The notes under the pieces: generated by a model
Databases searched by the model: none
Told to the model about the DNA's origin: nothing
What the model saw: only the letters and a program-made list of their open reading frames with translations
Shown here: positions 58,059 to 64,000 of the stretch, in pieces
How the letters are laid out: the number at the start of each line of letters is the position of its first letter
Position numbering within the stretch: position 1 is the stretch's first letter
Position numbers and translations under genes: made by a program
Assembly: GCA_963663225.1 (NCBI GenBank)
Contig: OY760142.1
Location: 2,560,001 to 2,624,000 of the forward strand
Direction of reading: 5' to 3'
Origin: Nitrospirota bacterium
Lineage (GTDB): Bacteria; Nitrospirota; UBA9217
Length of the DNA: 64,000 bases

Positions 58059-58670
58059 TTATTGGTTTTGAGCGTGTCCGCTAACAGGTCCTTTCCCGTG
58101 CTCGGTTCCTCGTGCGCTGGAAATCATTTTTTGAATGTCACGTCTGAAATCCTGCTGAAAGATAACAAAGCGTGCTTGCTGTTCCGTGTTAAGAATTCCC
58201 TGCAAACTTTTCCATTCTATCTCCGTCAGCTCCTGGGTTGAGCGATGGTTTGTTTCGAGCTGATCGAGCAAGGTCTGAAGTTTTGCTTCGTCTGGCTTTT
58301 TGGATGTGACAGCAGTTCGTAACGCGCGCATAGTTTCGCGTCGTTCTCGAAAAAGGTTGCCTCGCTGCCGGTCATGGGAGCTGAGAATTGAAGCAAGTTT
58401 TGCGCTGCTTTCGGAATCAAGTTTCAGTGTTTCTGTAAGCCGCCAGATTCTGAGCGTATCCACTTTTTTTCTGATTTGTTCCTGTTTTTCCGGTGACAGC
58501 TGAGGGCCGGTTCTAGATGGATTGTCATATCCTCTGATATCAGCATTCTGGTTTTTTGAAGAACTTTGCTGAGCAAAGGTATTAGAGGTTGTCAAGCAGA
58601 ACAGTGCGGCAACCGCGAATACCAGAATTTTTTTTGACGATAACATTGTGTCTAGCCCTCCTCTTTCCAA
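58059..58670 (-). CDS. Spy/CpxP/ZraP-like periplasmic protein
   Basis: Signal peptide, helical, LNTEQQARF (LTxxQ-like) motif. Confidence 0.75.
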   Translation of the reverse strand: MERGGLDTMLSSKKILVFAVAALFCLTTSNTFAQQSSSKNQNADIRGYDNPSRTGPQLSPEKQEQIRKKVDTLRIWRLTETLKLDSESSAKLASILSSHDRQRGNLFRERRETMRALRTAVTSKKPDEAKLQTLLDQLETNHRSTQELTEIEWKSLQGILNTEQQARFVIFQQDFRRDIQKMISSARGTEHGKGPVSGHAQNQ

Positions 58671-59290
58671 TGTTTCAGAATATCATCGGAGAATCGCTCT
58701 GTTTCGTTGATATTGAGCTCCGCAATCTCATCGGAAATTTCAGCGTCCGTGCTGGTTGCAAGGACAGGAGACACTTCCGCGCCGATAGAATCCAGTTGTT
58801 TGGTGGCCCAAGTGTTGACAGCATCTGCCTGTTCCGAGCTGATATCAGCCGAGGTGAAGAAATATTCACCGGTAGAACTTTCAGAGACCAGGTATTCCTG
58901 CGGGAGAGATGTTTCTCGTTCATGCTGGTACGTGTTGAGCGATGTTGTCGCAAGAGCTGAAATAATCAGAATGATACCTGCTGTTGCTGAGGTGAAGACC
59001 CAGCGGGGCATTGTAATGCGTTCCACAAACCACGAAAAATCGAAAAATTTTTTGGATTTTTTCTCCTGTTGGACAGCGCGGTAAATCCGGTCCGGCATCG
59101 CAGTCCAGAATGCCTCTCCCGGATCGGGCACGGTTTCTTCGGACAAAGCACGAAGAAGCAGAAGCTCTCGTGAACAATCTGCACATGATGCAATATGGTT
59201 CTCTACCTTCTGGTGGTCTTCGGAATTAAGCTCCCGGGCAAGGAAAGCGGGCAGGGTTTCCTGTATGTCTTTCTTATTACAGCGCTTCAT
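58652..59290 (-). CDS. Zinc-finger (zf-HC2) anti-sigma factor
   Basis: HIASCADC (HxxxCxxC), single TM helix, follows ECF sigma. Confidence 0.85.
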   Translation of the reverse strand: MKRCNKKDIQETLPAFLARELNSEDHQKVENHIASCADCSRELLLLRALSEETVPDPGEAFWTAMPDRIYRAVQQEKKSKKFFDFSWFVERITMPRWVFTSATAGIILIISALATTSLNTYQHERETSLPQEYLVSESSTGEYFFTSADISSEQADAVNTWATKQLDSIGAEVSPVLATSTDAEISDEIAELNINETERFSDDILKHWKEEG

Positions 59291-59314
59291 TGTAAATATC
59301 CTTAGGATAGTACA

Positions 59315-59872
59315 TTATTTTTCCCCGGCGGTTAATTCTCCGGGTTCATGCTTCATAAGTATTTTCAGTTTCTGTACTGCATGGTGGTAATTTGCCTTGG
59401 CTGTGCCGATTGAACAGTCCATGAGTTCAGCAATTTCCTCAAATTTTTTTGCTTCCTGAATCCTGAACAGTAGTGTCAGACGTTGCTTTTCAGGAAGCTT
59501 TCCAAGGGCGTTTCTCAGCAGCAGCCTGTCTTCATTTTTAATCAGAGTTTCTAGTGTTCGTGGATTCCTTTTGATAACAATATCATCGATATTCACCTGC
59601 TCGAACCTGGCGCGGTCGCGATAAACGTTTTTTGCCAGATTGATCCCTATCTGGTAAAGCCAGGTTTTGAAACTAGACCGCCGCTCGAACAACCTGATTC
59701 CGGTAAAGGCTTTGATGAAGGTCTTCTGCAGCAGATCTGATGCATCTTCGTGGTTGCTTACCATGCGATACAACATCGCATAGAGAGGCTTCTGATACTT
59801 CCTCACCAACTCGTCGAAGGCATCTCGTTCGCCGGCCTCGGTTCTGATGACTAAATCGATATCTTGGTCCAT
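59315..59872 (-). CDS. ECF RNA polymerase sigma factor
   Basis: AFDELVRKYQ, SFKTWLYQI, LPEKQR, EIAELMDCSIGTAK. Confidence 0.93.
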   Translation of the reverse strand: MDQDIDLVIRTEAGERDAFDELVRKYQKPLYAMLYRMVSNHEDASDLLQKTFIKAFTGIRLFERRSSFKTWLYQIGINLAKNVYRDRARFEQVNIDDIVIKRNPRTLETLIKNEDRLLLRNALGKLPEKQRLTLLFRIQEAKKFEEIAELMDCSIGTAKANYHHAVQKLKILMKHEPGELTAGEK

Positions 59873-59979
59873 ACGCGCGTTATATTTGTTTATTTTGACA
59901 CCAATTCTTTAAAAAGGTTGAGTTGCAAACAGGCTTTCTGGAATCAGTTTTAATGTGTTGTCGGCATAACGGCATAATG

Positions 59980-62085
59980 TTACGAGTCCATTTTCGGTTG
60001 TGCGTCAAGGGCTTTGCAATCTTTGTATAAACAGACTTGATTTCTGCCTGTTCGTTTCGCTTGATAAAGTGCCAGATCTGAAAAGCCGATAAGGTCTTCA
60101 AATTTATTGGTATCAACCGGGTATGAGGCAACTCCGATGCTGAGCGTTACGTTGAACGCCGTCTTGCCGACGGTGATAGTCGTGCGTTCGACGATTTTTC
60201 TGACTCTTTCGGCCATTTGTTGCGCGCCAACGTATTTCGTATCTACCAATCCTACGGAAAATTCTTCACCGCCGTATCGCGCCACAAAATCAGAACCCCG
60301 CACCACGTCTTTGAGGACTCCGGCCACGCGGGTGAGCGCTATGTCGCCGACAGGGTGGCCATAGGTATCATTAACCTTCTTAAAAAAATCAATGTCCACG
60401 AGCAGAATGGAAAAGGGGCGTGGATCACGGTCGAGGCGTTTATATTCCTCGGACAGTTTTTCCATGAATGTCCGGTGGTTCAAGAGGCCGGTAAGTCCAT
60501 CCGTGCGCGCCAGGTCTCTGATATCGCGGTGGAGAAGGCTGTTGTCTATTACCATGGATACCTGGTTCGACAATGTGTCTACAAAACTGCGGTGATATTC
60601 GGTGAAAATATTTGAGCTGAGTGAACTGAGAATCACCGCGCCGATGAACTTATTGCCTGCTACAAGCGGCCTGCCGATCAGGGATTTTATGGGTTGTTGC
60701 AGTTCTTTGAAGGGGAAAAGGCTGATCTCTCTCCCGCGTTCTCCGAGATCGGGATCGTGATAGATATTTACCGTGCTGTGGTCGTGCCATTGTTTATGCA
60801 TTAAGGAGAGAATAGCACTTTGCCCCAGGGGAAAGCGGTTGCCGATGAATTTTATATCATATCCTTTGAGTGCCGCTATTATTACGGCGCCGTTTTTTTC
60901 TTCATAGAATAAAAATGCACAGAAATCAAAGGGAACAACGGGCCTGAGCTGCGGTATCAATTTATCCAGGACTTCGGATATTTCAAGGCTGCCGTTTAAC
61001 GTCGCGCTCATTTCGTGGAGAGCGGCAAAGTTTTTCGCCCGGATATCCAGCTCAAGCGAGATTTTCATATTTTCAATGACTTGTATGAAAAAAGGAGTAA
61101 ATCTGAATAAAATGTCCTGGATTTGAGGAGGGAACGCATTCACTTCCAGGCTGTCCAGAGCGAGAACTCCTACGACACGGCTGTTCTGTGCAATCGGAAA
61201 GGAAAGAAAGGACTTTATAGGAATGTCCTGAGTATAATAACCAAGGCTTCTGGAAGACAGGACCATATCCTGAATGTATTGAGTCTGATTCTGTAAGGCG
61301 CTGATGCCGACAAGTCCGCTTCCTTTTGCGTATTCTACTGCAGATGAGGTGATGAACCGGCTTTGGCTTTGGATTGCCCGGAGTGAAAGTGTTCCATCAG
61401 CACGGTCATCCAGAAAAAGCGCATAGGTATGGGCGGGGAGAAGCAGTGAGATCATCTCGATAAGCGCGTTGAATGTGCCTTCCCGTTCGCGAGCCATGCT
61501 GACATGTTTTGCTTGTCGTTTTTCTTCTGTCAGCGCTTCAATATTTGCGCCTCCTGCAAGGGGATCAACAGCACGTGCATCGGAAATCAGCTTTTGATAA
61601 TTATTCTGCGCAGTTTTTGCTTCGTTTTGGATACGGCCTGCCAAAAAGGTGGCCATAAGAGAAACCCCGGCAAGCGATGCGGAAAACCCGGCAAAAAAAT
61701 GCCACTGATCCATAGTAATATTGGCGGAAAGGTATCTATTGAGAGCTTCAATAGCAAGGATGAGAGCGGTTATTTGAAACGACCAGGTACGATGCAAAAA
61801 TGCCGCAAGTATCACGGGCAGAACGTAAAATGGAAAAAGGGGAGAAGAAATGCCGCCGGTAATCTGGACGAGAAAGTTGAATCCGATAATGACGAGCGCA
61901 AAAAAAGTAAATCCCTGAATTTTTTTTTTGGAAAAAAGCGCTTGATATGAAACAGTAAAGACGAGAAATGAGAACCCTGCGACCCAGTAGTTGAGATAGG
62001 GGGTGGATAGGCCCTGGCGCAGAAATAATCCCAAGCCGGAACAAACAATAAAAAATATAAGGCTGGAGATGATAAAAGCGTTCAA
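59980..62085 (-). CDS. Membrane GAF-GAF-GGDEF diguanylate cyclase
   Basis: N-terminal TM helices, two GAF-like regions, RGSD I-site, GGEEF; likely TTG start at 62085 overlapping upstream stop (ATG 62142 alternative). Confidence 0.9.
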   Translation of the reverse strand: MNAFIISSLIFFIVCSGLGLFLRQGLSTPYLNYWVAGFSFLVFTVSYQALFSKKKIQGFTFFALVIIGFNFLVQITGGISSPLFPFYVLPVILAAFLHRTWSFQITALILAIEALNRYLSANITMDQWHFFAGFSASLAGVSLMATFLAGRIQNEAKTAQNNYQKLISDARAVDPLAGGANIEALTEEKRQAKHVSMAREREGTFNALIEMISLLLPAHTYALFLDDRADGTLSLRAIQSQSRFITSSAVEYAKGSGLVGISALQNQTQYIQDMVLSSRSLGYYTQDIPIKSFLSFPIAQNSRVVGVLALDSLEVNAFPPQIQDILFRFTPFFIQVIENMKISLELDIRAKNFAALHEMSATLNGSLEISEVLDKLIPQLRPVVPFDFCAFLFYEEKNGAVIIAALKGYDIKFIGNRFPLGQSAILSLMHKQWHDHSTVNIYHDPDLGERGREISLFPFKELQQPIKSLIGRPLVAGNKFIGAVILSSLSSNIFTEYHRSFVDTLSNQVSMVIDNSLLHRDIRDLARTDGLTGLLNHRTFMEKLSEEYKRLDRDPRPFSILLVDIDFFKKVNDTYGHPVGDIALTRVAGVLKDVVRGSDFVARYGGEEFSVGLVDTKYVGAQQMAERVRKIVERTTITVGKTAFNVTLSIGVASYPVDTNKFEDLIGFSDLALYQAKRTGRNQVCLYKDCKALDAQPKMDS

Positions 62086-62360
62086 ACTTTTTTTCTCCTG
62101 GCCAGTTGCTCTTCCCTGTATTTGTGATAGAGGACGTCCCATTCACGGCTGCCTTCAGGGATTTTCCGGGAAAGCGATAGGATAGTGCGGCGGGCAGCTG
62201 CATCAGCATCGTCTTCGAACTGAAGTTCGGAAATAATAATTCGCCTGATTTCACGCAGCAGCTTTTCTTCCGGCTGAAACGGCTCTACGTTCTTGTTGTG
62301 CTCCAGAGCGTTCAAAATCAAATGGGAAAGATGGGATATCCTGTCTTCGCTGAGTCGCAT
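62082..62360 (-). CDS. DUF507 family protein
   Basis: MRLSEDRISHLSH...IPEGSREWDVLYHKYREE. Confidence 0.8.
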   Translation of the reverse strand: MRLSEDRISHLSHLILNALEHNKNVEPFQPEEKLLREIRRIIISELQFEDDADAAARRTILSLSRKIPEGSREWDVLYHKYREEQLARRKKV

Positions 62361-62403
62361 ATTTTTCCTTGGGGTATTCTGGTCAGATCGTTGCCGAAGC
62401 ACA

Positions 62404-62685
62404 TTAGAGAATTATTCCGCGTTCTTTAGCGAGTTTTTGCTTCGTCAGTTCAAATACTTTGCGGTAGTCCATCTGTCCTTTGGCAATTACAGCTTCATGC
62501 GCCGAGAGGATTTTTTCAACTTCTTTATTGAGCCGGTCCTCTGCTACCATATTATCTGCAATTACGTCAGCAATCGTTGTGGAAATTGCAGCCTTCGGTG
62601 CAGCATACTTGACCATTTCTTTATTTTCGAGTTCCGCGGTAATGGTATCTGCAATGTGGGTGATAAGCTCTTTTGGCAAGCGCAT
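62404..62685 (-). CDS. DUF507 family protein
   Basis: EDRLNKEVEKIL...MDYRKVF...KQKLAKERGIIL. Confidence 0.82.
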   Translation of the reverse strand: MRLPKELITHIADTITAELENKEMVKYAAPKAAISTTIADVIADNMVAEDRLNKEVEKILSAHEAVIAKGQMDYRKVFELTKQKLAKERGIIL

Positions 62686-62789
62686 GAGAACTCCTTACCG
62701 TTGAATTATATCAGAAAAAGCACGTGGAGGGGAGAGAAAGTAGCAATGCCCTTTATGCAATATTGTCCTGCTGCGATGAGATAAAAAAA

Positions 62790-63719
62790 TTACGGTATCG
62801 CAGGTTTCCGGAGTTTGCGGAAATCGGCCCAAACATCAATAATGCCGAAGACAATTGTGCCCGCGATAAGCGGCGGCAAAGCCAGAACGACAATATAGAT
62901 CAGTATTCGTGCAAACGGACGTATATGCAGTTTCAACTTCAGGAAATAATCCACAAGAGCAGCACCCTGTATAAAATAGACAATTGCAAAGAGAACAACA
63001 ATGTTCCAGCCGAGGAGAAACCTCGCCAACTCGTTTGGCATCATGATGCAGACCAAGGCGCCGATCAGACCCCATATCCACGCGTCCGGAGCATACCATA
63101 AGGCAAGGGGAGTGGACTCAATCCTCGGGCCTGCTCCCGGATTTCGTACGATGATGACTTTTGCTGTTGCATAAGAGCATGCTGCTATTGTGGCCACTAT
63201 CAAGATCAGCAAACAAGGGAGCATCAATGAAAAATAATGAAAAGATACGGCCGGAATAGAAGAAATTGCTGCTGTTATTTCATTGAAACCATGGCTGCTG
63301 TATAATTTAACTGCTTCATCGCGCTGCTCCAGAATAAAACGTTCAATAACGGGAAGAGGGCTTTCTCCGATATGTACAAAATAATATCCTGCTACGGAAC
63401 CTATCGCCAGAACAGACAGGAGCGCGCTTCCTGCAATGGAGAGCTCTGGTTTCCACTGCCGTAATAGACCTTCTCCAATGCTAATAGCTATCAAATTAAA
63501 AATAAAGAGAAAGAAAAAGAGTATATACCACCCGCCGAGAAGGGAAATAATAAGACACGCAATGCCGAGTACGGTCAAGCCTTCCATTTTGCTGTTTCTC
63601 ACATAGATAAGAATGAGGGGGACCGGTGTGAACAGCCATGGGAGCAGAGGGATGAAAATGCCGGACAAAAAAAGGCCCACCATCTGAACTATAGCAATGA
63701 ATATGGGACGAAAATTCAT
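62790..63719 (-). CDS. DUF2232 (YybS) family membrane protein
   Basis: Multi-TM, YFIQG and GIIDVWADFRK motifs; downstream of rpsR. Confidence 0.85.
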   Translation of the reverse strand: MNFRPIFIAIVQMVGLFLSGIFIPLLPWLFTPVPLILIYVRNSKMEGLTVLGIACLIISLLGGWYILFFFLFIFNLIAISIGEGLLRQWKPELSIAGSALLSVLAIGSVAGYYFVHIGESPLPVIERFILEQRDEAVKLYSSHGFNEITAAISSIPAVSFHYFSLMLPCLLILIVATIAACSYATAKVIIVRNPGAGPRIESTPLALWYAPDAWIWGLIGALVCIMMPNELARFLLGWNIVVLFAIVYFIQGAALVDYFLKLKLHIRPFARILIYIVVLALPPLIAGTIVFGIIDVWADFRKLRKPAIP

Positions 63720-63729
63720 GTTCTTTCTC

Positions 63730-63780
63730 CAAAAAAAAGGGAAGCCCGCGGTTTTTTCTTTCCAGCCGCGAACTTCCCTT
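63730..63780 (-). terminator. Probable terminator/attenuator after rpsR
   Basis: AAGGGAAG..CGCGG / CCGCG..CTTCCCTT stem with a T run on the minus strand. Confidence 0.6.
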
Positions 63781-63824
63781 GTTCAAAGCAGTCAGCTGAT
63801 GCAGTGCTGTCTCTTATTCAACAA

Positions 63825-64000
63825 CTATTTTTCTCCGGAGAACGGTATTAAAGAAATGTTTCTGCACCGTTGTACAGCTACCGTAACTTCGCGTTGATGC
63901 CTTGCGCAATTGCCGGAAATACGTCTGGGCAGAATCTTACCACGTTCAGTAATAAAAAATCTTAATGTTTTTACGTCTTTATAGTCAATAAAAGGCGTCT
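63825..64000 (-). CDS. rpsR: 30S ribosomal protein S18 (5' end outside window; absent from ORF track)
   Basis: Manual translation: [33 protein letters not shown]...LIPF. Confidence 0.95.
   Translation of the reverse strand, partial: TPFIDYKDVKTLRFFITERGKILPRRISGNCARHQREVTVAVQRCRNISLIPFSGEK

Overview
Bacterial chromosomal window; gene content and style suggest an anaerobic Nitrospirota/deltaproteobacterial-type organism (inference only). Most of it is housekeeping: yajC-secD-secF, an Slt-type lytic transglycosylase, three diguanylate cyclases, a long minus-strand yceD-rpmF-plsX-fabH-[acd-etfB-etfA]-fabD-fabG-acpP-fabF-rnc-radical SAM cluster, bioA, degP, PIN/TRAM, yebC-ruvCAB-queH-spoIID, dnaE, htpX, an ECF sigma/anti-sigma module and the end of rpsR. 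Two things stand out. (1) An acyl-CoA dehydrogenase plus a ferredoxin-fused, bifurcating-type EtfAB sits inside the FAS II cluster, which has no fabI/fabK/fabV/fabL in this window; it is a candidate electron-bifurcating enoyl-ACP reductase or primer-supply module. (2) A 15,761-bp element bounded by a perfect 46-bp repeat is integrated in tRNA-Gly(GCC). It has an intact tyrosine integrase, arm-type repeats, a lambda-O-type replicon with iterons, a rearranged primase/helicase module, a TerS-like gene with a candidate packaging site, a possible virion ejection protein, a single-chain tandem Phd regulator and exported cargo, but no recognisable capsid/portal/TerL/tail genes, so it looks like a phage satellite. 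It splits the tRNA-Gly/tRNA-Cys pair and carries both a terminator for tRNA-Gly and an outward promoter for tRNA-Cys. All family calls are from motif recognition by eye; no database searches were run.
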